A stretch of DNA of 64,000 nt. Source: Planctomycetota bacterium. Lineage in GTDB: Bacteria; Planctomycetota; UBA8108; SXIK01. A program made the translations under genes and the position numbers. Positions 42,209 to 51,248 of this stretch are shown piece by piece. Numbering within the stretch: the first letter of the stretch is position 1; each line of letters starts with the position of its first letter. The notes under the pieces are model-generated. The model saw nothing but the letters and a program-made list of their open reading frames with translations. It ran no database searches and was not told where the DNA came from. Location: positions 7,872,001 to 7,936,000 of the forward strand of contig OZ244999.1 in the NCBI GenBank assembly GCA_965223265.1. The letters run 5' to 3'.

Positions 42209-42754
42209 TCAATCCGGCAGCAGGTCGAGCTGCGCCGCGAGGGATGGATTGGCCGCATCCCTCGTCGACAGGATCGGATCGTTGAGCGGCCAGTCGATAT
42301 TGATGTCCGGATCGTCCCAGATCACGCCGAACTCGTCCCCGGGGGTGTAGAGGTCGGTACACTTGTACGCTACTTCAGCAGTTTCGCTGAGAACGCAGAA
42401 GCCGTGAACAAAGCCGGGCGGCACGTAGAGCTGGAGAAAGTTCTCGGCCGAGAGCTCAAAGCCGACCCACTTCTTGAACGTGGGCGAGCTTCGACGCACG
42501 TCAACAGCGACGTCGAAGATCGCCCCGCTGAGCGCCCGCACGAGCTTGCCTTGAGGTCGCTCGCGCTGAGCGTGCAAGCCGCGCAGCGTCCCGCGCTGCG
42601 AACGCGAATGATTGTCCTGCACGAAAGTCGCTTCAATGCCGCCGGCAGCGTATTTTTCGGCATGATAGGTCTCCAGAAAGAAGCCACGGTCGTCCCTGTA
42701 GACATCAGGCTCTACAAGGATGACTCCTTCCAGGTCGGTCGCTGCGAACTTCAT
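42209..42754 (-). CDS. rmlC: dTDP-4-dehydrorhamnose 3,5-epimerase
   Basis: DDRGFF, QDNHSRS, LRGLH, QGKLVR, HGF, YKCT. Confidence 0.96.
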   Translation of the reverse strand: MKFAATDLEGVILVEPDVYRDDRGFFLETYHAEKYAAGGIEATFVQDNHSRSQRGTLRGLHAQRERPQGKLVRALSGAIFDVAVDVRRSSPTFKKWVGFELSAENFLQLYVPPGFVHGFCVLSETAEVAYKCTDLYTPGDEFGVIWDDPDINIDWPLNDPILSTRDAANPSLAAQLDLLPD

Positions 42755-42755
42755 C

Positions 42756-43634
42756 TCAGCCAACCTCTTCCTCGACAACCGTGAGCAGATACTGCCCGTA
42801 GTTGTTGTTCTTCATTTCCTGCGCGACTCGCAAGATCTGTTCACGATCGATGAAACCCATGCGCAGCGCGATCTCCTCGATACAGGCCACTTTGAGTCCC
42901 TGCCGCTCTTCGATCGCTTGAATGAACGTCGAGGCTTGAAGGAGCGACTCGTGCGTGCCTGTATCGAGCCATGCAATCCCGCGTCCCATGCGCTCGACTT
43001 GCAATTGGCCGCGATTGAGGTACTCGATGTTGACGTCCGTGATCTCCAGCTCACCGCGGGGGGACGGCTTGAGGTTCGCCGCGATATCGAGCACTTGGTT
43101 GTCGTAGAAGTAGAGCCCCGTGACCGCGAAGTGAGAACGCGGCGCTTGGGGTTTTTCTTCTAGGGAAACGGCGTTTCCCTCGGCATCGAATTCGACGACG
43201 CCGTAGCGCTCGGGGTCACTTACACGATAGCCGAAGACGGTGGCGCCGCTGCTGCGACCGGCGGCGCGCTGCAGGAGGTCGGCGAAACCGTGACCATAGA
43301 AGATATTGTCACCGAGCGCCAACGCGACCGAGTCATCACCGACGAACTCGCGTCCGATCAGAAACGCCTGTGCCAGCCCTTCCGGATTTGGCTGCACCGC
43401 GTAGCTCACCTCGATGCCGACGTCATGGCCGTCTCCGAGAAGGCGCTGAAACGAAGTCTGATCCTCCGGCGTCGTGATCACAAGGACGTCGCGGATGCCC
43501 GAAAGCATGAGTGTCGACAAGGGATAGTAAATCATCGGCTTGTCGTAGACCGGCACCAGCTGCTTGCTCACCCCTTTGGTGAGCGGAAAGAGGCGCGTCC
43601 CTGAGCCGCCCGCGAGAATGATTCCTTTCATCAT
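42756..43634 (-). CDS. rmlA: Glucose-1-phosphate thymidylyltransferase
   Basis: [48 protein letters not shown]. Confidence 0.97.
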   Translation of the reverse strand: MMKGIILAGGSGTRLFPLTKGVSKQLVPVYDKPMIYYPLSTLMLSGIRDVLVITTPEDQTSFQRLLGDGHDVGIEVSYAVQPNPEGLAQAFLIGREFVGDDSVALALGDNIFYGHGFADLLQRAAGRSSGATVFGYRVSDPERYGVVEFDAEGNAVSLEEKPQAPRSHFAVTGLYFYDNQVLDIAANLKPSPRGELEITDVNIEYLNRGQLQVERMGRGIAWLDTGTHESLLQASTFIQAIEERQGLKVACIEEIALRMGFIDREQILRVAQEMKNNNYGQYLLTVVEEEVG

Positions 43635-44803
43635 GAGACTCCGCTGAGTTCTTTTTCGTTTCTTGATTGAGTCGAGCTTGCAGTGCGCAGCGACGTGGAA
43701 CAGTCGGATTTGAGCTCGGCTTGACGCACGAGGCGAAACGCCTGCGATAGGTTCGACGCCAGCGGCATGGCTCGCAACAGTCCAGCAGACTCGAGCGCGC
43801 GCCGGCTGCTGCGGGACGGAGAGGCGACGCAGAAAGCGACGCCGCGTTGCCGCGCGGTCAGCAGGCCCGACACGAGCGCTGAGACCCCCGCAGAAGCCAT
43901 GTGCTCAACCTCGGAAAGCTCCACGATAACCGCTGGCGCCGTCGAAGTCAGCTGGGCGACGAGGGTCTTCGCGTCATCTAGAGTCGTCGCGTCGAGTGAA
44001 CCCCGAGCGCGCAAGATCCATGCGTCACAGCCCCGTGCTGGAGCGATATCGAGCCCGAGGCCGCCGCCGTGACTTGGCGCGACCGGCCGTGAAGGGCGCG
44101 GAAAGATGCTGCCGCCGCGGCGAAGGCGCCAGGCTATGAACCGCGACAGGGTGACGAGACCGTAGCAGCGGCCGCCAGGTCGCGTGGACCGGGCGCCGAT
44201 CGCGAAGCGAAGATCCGCGGCAGTGGAGCCTGGAAAGTCAGTGTAACAGCGTCCGATGGCGTCGAGGAAGTGACCGTCGGAGTTTCCTAGCCGCGCCAGG
44301 TCGCCAGCGTTACGCTCTGCCTTACGATTCGCGAACACCTCAGTGAAGTTCGAGTTCTTCGTCTCGATCGCGTCGAAGGGCAGCTCGTGAACCAGATCGC
44401 CAACGCCCACCAGTCCACTCCAGCGCAGCCAACTTGTGTACGGATGCGCGGCGACGGCGATTCCACCTTGCGCGTGGATCGCGCCGATCGTCTCGGCGGC
44501 GGACATACCAGGCGGGATTCTCTCGGAAAGAAAGAGCGCGAGCACATGACCGTCGCTCGACGACACTTCTTCCCCAACGATGATCTCGAGATCGCCGTAA
44601 ATTTCCGGATGTTGCGCAGCGAACTCCTTCGCATGCCGAGCACCATCGAGTGTGTCGTGGTCAGTGATGGCCAGAACGCGACAATCCGGCCGCAAGGCGT
44701 AGTAGTTGAGCACGTCTTCCGGCGCTGCAGTGCCGTCGCTGAACGTCGTGTGGATGTGCAGATCGGCTCGCGACCAGCCGCGGGGAAGAGTGTTTGGTGC
44801 CAT
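43631..44803 (-). CDS. PHP metallophosphoesterase fused to STAS (anti-anti-sigma-like) domain
   Basis: DLHIHT..SDG, ITDHD, GEEV, AHP, NSDGH; C-terminal [26 protein letters not shown]; ATGA overlap with rmlA. Confidence 0.85.
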   Translation of the reverse strand: MAPNTLPRGWSRADLHIHTTFSDGTAAPEDVLNYYALRPDCRVLAITDHDTLDGARHAKEFAAQHPEIYGDLEIIVGEEVSSSDGHVLALFLSERIPPGMSAAETIGAIHAQGGIAVAAHPYTSWLRWSGLVGVGDLVHELPFDAIETKNSNFTEVFANRKAERNAGDLARLGNSDGHFLDAIGRCYTDFPGSTAADLRFAIGARSTRPGGRCYGLVTLSRFIAWRLRRGGSIFPRPSRPVAPSHGGGLGLDIAPARGCDAWILRARGSLDATTLDDAKTLVAQLTSTAPAVIVELSEVEHMASAGVSALVSGLLTARQRGVAFCVASPSRSSRRALESAGLLRAMPLASNLSQAFRLVRQAELKSDCSTSLRTASSTQSRNEKELSGVS

Positions 44804-44904
44804 ATGAAGTGCGCCGGACGCGACGGCGTCCGAATGTTGTAGTGAGATTGCGAAAGGCGCTGCCGCGCTCAGCGCGCTGTGGCGGCAGAAATCGTGAGCA
44901 CGGC

Positions 44905-44919
44905 GCATTGAGCTTGCCA
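44905..44919 (-). promoter_or_regulatory. Putative sigma54 (-24/-12) promoter for PHP-STAS-rmlA-rmlC
   Basis: Minus strand TGGCAAGCTCAATGC, GG-N10-GC spacing, about 100 bp upstream of the ATG. Confidence 0.5.
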
Positions 44920-45120
44920 GGCGGTTTCCTGCGGTCTGCGCGAGGGAGACACGCCGCAGATGAGACGGGGGGATTCGACGCGGCGGGGTCCACGTTTCTT
45001 CACGGTTTCGCCTTCGGTGGTCGGCGCCGAGAACAAAAGCCGCGAGTTTTTTCGGACGGTGGAGTGGCCCGCTTCGTTCGATGTCTATCGACTCCGACAG
45101 GCGGACTGGCCTGTCGAAAA

Positions 45121-45165
45121 CCGCTGAAAAAGATCTTGCGGCCGAAAAACTACCCTTTCGCATCC
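45121..45165. repeat. Degenerate end remnant of MITE family A
   Basis: ccgctgaaaaagatcttgcggccgaaaaactaccctttcgcatcc resembles the reverse complement of the copy-1 right end (ccgttgaaagagtcattcggccgagaaactggcctcttcacgccc). Confidence 0.4.
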
Positions 45166-45296
45166 GAGACCCGCGGGCTAGATCGGACGGCGGCGGCCAA
45201 ACTGAAAAGAAGGATGTGGAAAGCGTCGCGGTCCGGACCAGCAATCTGGGGCCAATTTGGTTCCCCCGAACCGCTCCGAAAGCGCAGACCCGCCCG

Positions 45297-46391
45297 CTAA
45301 ACCCCTGGTTCTTCCGTTAGGCCGAGACGCTCACGTCGATACTTGCCGCTCTGGACGTCGCCGCACCACTCGGCGTTCTCCAAGTACCACTGCACCGTGC
45401 GACGCATGCCTTCGTCGAAACCCCACCGCGGCGTCCATCCGAGCTCGTCGCGGATCTTCTGCGCATCGATCGCGTAGCGCCGGTCGTGGCCGGGTCGATC
45501 GGTGACGAACGTTTTCAAATCGACGTAAGACTTGAGGTTTCGTCCGCCGACGCGAGGATTCTCAGGCGCTGGTTTGAGCTCGTCGAGCAGCTCGCAGATT
45601 TTGTCGACAACCTGCAGATTGGTGCGTTCATTGCCGCCACCGATGTTGTATTTCTCACCGAGCCTACCGCGCTGCAGCGCCAGAAGTATTCCTTCGCAGT
45701 GATCCTCAACGTAGAGCCAATCACGCACGTTGCCGCCGTCGCCATAGATCGGCAACTGTTTCCCCTCGCACGCGTTCAGGATCATGAGCGGGATGAGCTT
45801 TTCGGGAAACTGGTAGGGCCCATAGTTGTTCGAGCAATTCGTGATGACGACAGGCAAGCCGTAGGTTTCGTGATAGGCGCGCACGAAATGGTCAGCCGCC
45901 GCCTTCGATGCTGAGTAGGGCGAGTTTGGAGCATAGGGCGTGGTTTCAGAAAAGAGTCCAGTGTCGCCGAGGCTGCCGTAAACTTCGTCCGTCGAAACAT
46001 GAAGAAAGCGGAAGTCGTTGGCGCTCTTCCCGCCGCCCGACGCGAGGTAGCTCCGTGACACTTCGAGAAGCTCGAACGTGCCGCCGACGTTCGTCGTCAA
46101 GAACGCGCGCGGCCCGTCAATCGAACGATCGACGTGCGATTCCGCGGCGAAGTTCACGACACTCGTCGGACGCGTTTCGCGAAAAACGGATTCCATGGCG
46201 GCGCGGTCCGTGATATCCGCCTCGACAAATCGAAAGCGCGGCGTGTTGGCGACGTCCTTGAGACTGGCTAGGTTGCCCGCGTAGGTCAAACAATCGACGA
46301 TGACGACGTTCGCATCGGTGTGGGCCAAGACATGGCGGACAAAATTCGAGCCGATAAACCCGGCGCCACCCGTAACGATCATCGTTTCCAT
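45297..46391 (-). CDS. rmlB: dTDP-glucose 4,6-dehydratase
   Basis: [50 protein letters not shown]. Confidence 0.97.
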   Translation of the reverse strand: METMIVTGGAGFIGSNFVRHVLAHTDANVVIVDCLTYAGNLASLKDVANTPRFRFVEADITDRAAMESVFRETRPTSVVNFAAESHVDRSIDGPRAFLTTNVGGTFELLEVSRSYLASGGGKSANDFRFLHVSTDEVYGSLGDTGLFSETTPYAPNSPYSASKAAADHFVRAYHETYGLPVVITNCSNNYGPYQFPEKLIPLMILNACEGKQLPIYGDGGNVRDWLYVEDHCEGILLALQRGRLGEKYNIGGGNERTNLQVVDKICELLDELKPAPENPRVGGRNLKSYVDLKTFVTDRPGHDRRYAIDAQKIRDELGWTPRWGFDEGMRRTVQWYLENAEWCGDVQSGKYRRERLGLTEEPGV

Positions 46392-46687
46392 GCAATCGTG
46401 CTCCTACTAGCTCCGCGAAAGACGCCCGGCTCGTGCTGCGTCACGTCGACGCGCCCGCAGAGTAACGGAGCGGGTGTGCCGGAGCAAGCCGATCCTACCA
46501 CACCGCACGCAGAGGCGCCGCCGACCCGTTCGCGGTGGAGCGGTCGCGCCGTCGTTGATCGCGACCGCGCCTGGCTTTTTTTCGCATTGAACTCACACAA
46601 GATTTCGTATCGTGTCGTCGCGAGGAGCTTGACGACTCGACCCGAGGTGTGCTTCCTGCACAGTAAAGATCGCGTCGGCAGTCCTAG

Positions 46688-46853
46688 CCGTCTGACGAGA
46701 GCGTGCTTTGAGCTGAAGACCGGTCGCTTCGCGTCCAGATCTGCCGGCGCGAACGCAGGTCATCTCCGAGCCCTCTTCTGTAAGGCATTTGGCGGGGCTC
46801 GCCGCCGCGGGAAAAGGCCGGTTGTCAGCCCATGCCCTTTTTTCAACGGGCTG
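46688..46853. mobile_element. MITE-like element, family A copy 2 (degenerate)
   Basis: Shares tcgcgtccagatc, cgcaggt.atctccgag and the tttcaacgggctg end with copy 1; flanked by CTAG and ATAG. Confidence 0.7.
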
Positions 46854-46857
46854 ATAG

Positions 46858-47110
46858 CTCGAGTTTGGCCATTTCGCGCCGGCCTGGCCGGACGAGTTTC
46901 GCGGGAATTCAAAGGCCCATTCGACTTTTTAGTACCCTGAGAACCCTTGTGCATGTTCAAAAACTCCTGTCCGGCCCTTCGGGGAACGCCAGGAGCGCCG
47001 ATGCCTGCGCCCGTCCTCCGCCACGATCGCAGCGGGATCGCGTTGTCGTCGCTCCTTGGCCTCGACGCTCCTGGCGTTCCCAGGCTCGACGCGAAATGGC
47101 CAAACTCGAG
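46858..47110. mobile_element. MITE-like element, family B copy 1
   Basis: Perfect 21-bp terminal inverted repeat ctcgagtttggccatttcgcg; internal 16-bp perfect inverted repeat (46982-46997 / 47066-47081); CTAG just outside the right end. Confidence 0.75.
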
Positions 47111-47208
47111 GCTAGCGCTGGCCACGGCGCGACTTACGGTGCCGCTGTAGGAATCTTGCGAGAAGTGGGGGTTGAACTTGCTCGACGCTGCGTCATAACG
47201 AGAGATCC

Positions 47209-49263
47209 ATGAGTTCCCAACACCACACAAACCCGTACGGCCTGGCGTATCAGCCGAATGCGCGCCCGGAGAACTACAACGTCGTGGTGATCGCCATCGA
47301 CGACCTTCGTGCCGATCACCTCTCGGCGAACGGATACGGGCGCGAAACGACGCCGCACCTCAAACACCGCCTGGCCGACGCAACTCGATTCACCAACTGT
47401 CACTCGCCCGTCGGCTGGACGCTTCCCGGCTGCGCTTCGATCATCACCGGGCATCTACCGGACGATCATGGTTTAGTCGACCACAACCATAAGTTCGCCA
47501 AACCGAAGATCGGCCACTACCTAGGCGACGACTACTTTCGCGTCGCGATAACGAACAACGGCAACACCGTCAGCGATCAGATCGACCGCGAGACACTCGA
47601 ACGCCTCGGTCTCAAACGCCGGCCGGCGAAGTGGAAGTTCTTCGACTGGAACAGCGGTTTCGACGAGTTTCACTGGTTTCCGCGAGAAGACTACCTGCAA
47701 CCGTTCGAACGTGCCAACGAGCTCCTCGAACGATTCACTGCCGCGGAGTTTGATCGACCGTGGTTTCTTTTTTTTCACACCAACGTCGTTCATGACTACC
47801 ACATGCATCGCCAGTGTTACCTCGACGGCGCGCGCTGGCTCGACGCACCGATCGACCCATCGCTTCACGTTTTCCGCGACGGTCCGGAGGTTTGGCGTGA
47901 ACCGCCGTCCGCGCTCGGCCCGCGGCGTCTTCACGAACAGATCGTCGCCAAGTACGACGGTGGCATTCGTTTCATGGACGAAAAGGTCAACGACATCCTC
48001 TCGCGCGTGAACTTCGACGACACCCTTGTCATTTTTACGAGTGATCATGGCGAGGGATTCGACCCGGAGCACGGCCGCGTGCATCACTGCGGGCGACTGC
48101 ACAGCGATCTGACCTACGTTCCACTCATCGTCTGGCTGCCTCCTGCGCTGAGGCAGCGTTTTGAGCCGCCCGCGACAGAGGAGCGTTTCTGCTCCACGAT
48201 CGACATCACACCGACGCTGCTGACACTGCTCGGCGACGCGGTTGCGGGATTTCCAGGCAGTTTCCTCTTCGATTTGCCGACGCATCGTCGACTCGAGGGC
48301 TGCGACCGCGGCTACATCTATTGGAACGAAGACTGCTTGCGAGAGAGCTATGACACGTGCCGCATTGAGATTCGCTCGGAGCTCACCTATCCGCTCAAGA
48401 GGATCGCCGCGCGGAAGAACGACACGGTGCGCGAGTCGGTCTACAATCTCGCTTACGATCCGCTCGAACATCACAACCTCGTCGACCCGGCGCTAACGCC
48501 AAGCCAATCGGTAGAATCGATCAGCTTCGTCGTCGTCGTCAACGACTTCGAGGAGCTGCGCAACAACCTCTTGAGTAGCCCCATCGTGCACAGCGACCGT
48601 CACCAATGGGTGATTGTTGACAATCGTGACAACCGGCGTTCGACAAGTATTTCGCAGCTCTACCACGAGGCCCTTGTGGACGCCGATCATGACCTCGTTT
48701 TCTTCATGCACCAAGACGTCTATTTGCCGCATGGCTGGGAATCGCGCACCGCGGCAGCGCTGCAGGACCTCGAGGACATGGATGCCCGCTGGGGTGTGAT
48801 CGGCGCTGTCGGCGCGTGTCCGCCGATCACGGGCGAGTCCAAGCAGCTCCGGGGTCGGTGGTGTGATCCGAGCGGCTACCACTTCGACGGACCCCTGCCG
48901 CACGAGGTGCAGGCACTCGACGAGCAATGGATCGGAGTCCGCAAGAGCCGCGGCATCACCTTCGATGCGAACCTTCCCGGATTCCACTGCTACGGTATCG
49001 ACATCTCCCTCAGCGCGCGCAGCCGCGGTTTGAAGAGCTACGCCATTGACTCGTTCGTATGGCATAAGTTTCGTGACGCAAGCGGTCGGCTCGTCGGCGG
49101 GCGCGCAGACTCTCCTAAGATCCAACGGCGCTGGTCGCGCGAGTTCATGGCTGAATTCATGCCCTCCGCCGACTTCGTCAGGCAAAAATGGCGCAAATAC
49201 CTTCCCTTCCAGACGACGTCTTGGAACTGGGACGCCGACTCCTCGGCAGCCCGGTCTTCCTGA
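47209..49263 (+). CDS. Sulfatase-like (alkaline phosphatase superfamily, Thr nucleophile) domain fused to GT-A glycosyltransferase-like domain
   Basis: IDDLRADH, WTLPGCASIITG, TSDHGE; C-terminal ISFVVVVN, HQDV, LDE, FHCYGIDISL. Confidence 0.82.
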   Translation: MSSQHHTNPYGLAYQPNARPENYNVVVIAIDDLRADHLSANGYGRETTPHLKHRLADATRFTNCHSPVGWTLPGCASIITGHLPDDHGLVDHNHKFAKPKIGHYLGDDYFRVAITNNGNTVSDQIDRETLERLGLKRRPAKWKFFDWNSGFDEFHWFPREDYLQPFERANELLERFTAAEFDRPWFLFFHTNVVHDYHMHRQCYLDGARWLDAPIDPSLHVFRDGPEVWREPPSALGPRRLHEQIVAKYDGGIRFMDEKVNDILSRVNFDDTLVIFTSDHGEGFDPEHGRVHHCGRLHSDLTYVPLIVWLPPALRQRFEPPATEERFCSTIDITPTLLTLLGDAVAGFPGSFLFDLPTHRRLEGCDRGYIYWNEDCLRESYDTCRIEIRSELTYPLKRIAARKNDTVRESVYNLAYDPLEHHNLVDPALTPSQSVESISFVVVVNDFEELRNNLLSSPIVHSDRHQWVIVDNRDNRRSTSISQLYHEALVDADHDLVFFMHQDVYLPHGWESRTAAALQDLEDMDARWGVIGAVGACPPITGESKQLRGRWCDPSGYHFDGPLPHEVQALDEQWIGVRKSRGITFDANLPGFHCYGIDISLSARSRGLKSYAIDSFVWHKFRDASGRLVGGRADSPKIQRRWSREFMAEFMPSADFVRQKWRKYLPFQTTSWNWDADSSAARSS

Positions 49264-50033
49264 TCGGCTGCGCACGCTCGGGCACATCGATCTTGGGTGA
49301 AGCCCTCGCCGCGCAGGAGCGGGTCGCGTACCTCTTTGAAGCCAGCCGCATCTGGAACGAGCTGGTGCCACCACGCGGCGATCATCGCCTCGAGGCAGCA
49401 GACGCGACCGCCGAGGTAGCGCCGACGATCTATCACGCTCTCGCTGACGCCCGCCAGGAACTTGCTGGCGATCTCTTCGTCGAGAAGAATCCGAAGCACG
49501 TGATCCGGATCCCGTTTCTCCGCGCGCTCTTTCCGGCGGCGCGATTCGTTCACATCATCCGTGACGGCCGTGATTGCGTCGCCTCGCTCATGTTCCGCAA
49601 CCGCGGCTCGACATGGGGACACCTGGAGATTCCCGGTTGGCAGGATCTACTCGCTCGCTACCCGAAGGAGAATCACATCCGCTGTGCTCATCAGTGGCGC
49701 TTCGCAGTCGAGACCGCACGCGCCGACGCCGCAGCTCTCGATCGCGATGCGTACCTCGAGGTGCGCTACGAAGCACTCGTGTCGCATCCGGCGGCCACGG
49801 TGGGCTCCGCGCTTCGATTCATGGGTCTCGACACGACACACGACGTGACCAAGTTCCTAGCGAAGATACAGAACGAAACCGCTGGCAGCTACCACGCCAA
49901 GAAACAGGTGCGACACTACGTCGAAAACCACAAGCTCCGGGTGGGCCGCTATGCGGAAAACCTCTCCGCGGCTCAGCTGCGCGACGTTACCGACGTCTGT
50001 GGCGACCTTCTGGCTACCCTCGGATACGAATGA
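49188..50033 (+). CDS. PAPS-dependent sulfotransferase (Sulfotransfer_3 type)
   Basis: GCARSGTS 5'-PSB loop, EKNP, RDGRDCVAS 3'-PB motif, RYEALV..P. Confidence 0.9.
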   Translation: MAQIPSLPDDVLELGRRLLGSPVFLIGCARSGTSILGEALAAQERVAYLFEASRIWNELVPPRGDHRLEAADATAEVAPTIYHALADARQELAGDLFVEKNPKHVIRIPFLRALFPAARFVHIIRDGRDCVASLMFRNRGSTWGHLEIPGWQDLLARYPKENHIRCAHQWRFAVETARADAAALDRDAYLEVRYEALVSHPAATVGSALRFMGLDTTHDVTKFLAKIQNETAGSYHAKKQVRHYVENHKLRVGRYAENLSAAQLRDVTDVCGDLLATLGYE

Positions 50034-50064
50034 GTGAGAACGATCGATCCTTCGGCGCATTGCT

Positions 50065-51219
50065 ATGACTGAGCCTGTCTCAACACTTCACATCAACACT
50101 GAGCCGACGTGGCGTGGCGGCGAACAGCAGACGCTTTACCTTCTGCGCGGCCTCGTCGCACGCGGTCACCCGGTGTCTCTCTGCGCCCAGAAAGGCAGCC
50201 CCATGGCGACTCGCGCCCGGGAAGCCGGCATTTCCACGCAGGAGCTGCGCATGCGCGGCGAGGTCGACGTTGTGGCGGTCATCAAACTGGCACGGGAAAT
50301 GAGGCGACGCCGACCAGACCTCGTGCACTTTCATACCTCACACGCGCACAGCTTAGGCGCCCTCGCGGCGAGCTTGCTGGGACGCCGTCGTCCAAAGACT
50401 CTGCTGACGCGTCGCGTCGACTTCTCAATCTACCGCCACTCCTTTCTCGGGCTCAATCATCTCAAGTATCGCGGCGTCGACCACATCGTCGCGATCAGTC
50501 GCGCCATTCGCGATGTACTTCTGGCCGACGGCATCGCGGCCGAACGGATCGACTGTGTGTCGAGCGGGATTGACCCAGAGCGTTTCAATGGTGTTGCGCC
50601 GTGCGACCTCCGCGCCGAACTCGGAGTTCCAGCGGAGACGAAACTCATCGTCAACGTCGCCTTCTTCGCCGATCACAAAGGCCAACGCTATCTCGTCGAA
50701 GCTGCGCCCAACATCCTGTCCGAGTTTCCACAGTGCGCCATTTGCTTGGTCGGCGATGGCGGTCTGCGGCCGCAGCTCATGCAGCTCGCCAAAGATCTTG
50801 GTGTCGCCGAGCGTGTGTTCTTCCCCGGATTTCGCCGGGATGTGCCCGAGATTCTCAAGGCCGCGGACATCTACGCTATGCCGAGCCACAAGGAGGGACT
50901 CGGCACCGCGATTCTCGATGCACTGATTTGCCGACTTCCGGTCGTCGCGACCCGAGCTGGTGGGATTCCAGAGATCGTCCACGATGGAGTCAACGGCTTC
51001 CTCGTGCCGGCTCGAGACAGCGTCGCGCTTGGGGACGCGCTCCTGCGTCTCCTTCGCGACCCGGCGCTGGCGGCCGCTATGGGAGATGAGGGACCGCGGA
51101 TCGTCGCCTCCGAGTACACGGTCGATGCGATGGTCGAAGGCAATCTGGCCGTGTACGCAAAGCTCCTCAACCGCGATCGCGGCGCAGAGAGTGTGGCCGC
51201 CGCCCACAAGCGAGAGTGA
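50065..51219 (+). CDS. GT4 family glycosyltransferase
   Basis: WRGGEQQ, HKGQ, GFRRDV, EGLGTAILDA, GGIPEIV. Confidence 0.92.
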   Translation: MTEPVSTLHINTEPTWRGGEQQTLYLLRGLVARGHPVSLCAQKGSPMATRAREAGISTQELRMRGEVDVVAVIKLAREMRRRRPDLVHFHTSHAHSLGALAASLLGRRRPKTLLTRRVDFSIYRHSFLGLNHLKYRGVDHIVAISRAIRDVLLADGIAAERIDCVSSGIDPERFNGVAPCDLRAELGVPAETKLIVNVAFFADHKGQRYLVEAAPNILSEFPQCAICLVGDGGLRPQLMQLAKDLGVAERVFFPGFRRDVPEILKAADIYAMPSHKEGLGTAILDALICRLPVVATRAGGIPEIVHDGVNGFLVPARDSVALGDALLRLLRDPALAAAMGDEGPRIVASEYTVDAMVEGNLAVYAKLLNRDRGAESVAAAHKRE

Positions 51220-51248
51220 ACGGAGGAGTGCCCGGGCGCGACGGGAGG

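Noticed and set aside
44804-45244. N-terminal ORF extensions (also 22773-23039, 29192-29605, 36011-36211)
   Set aside because: No domain-like sequence; they overlap promoters, repeats or neighbouring genes, and downstream starts fit the family N-termini.
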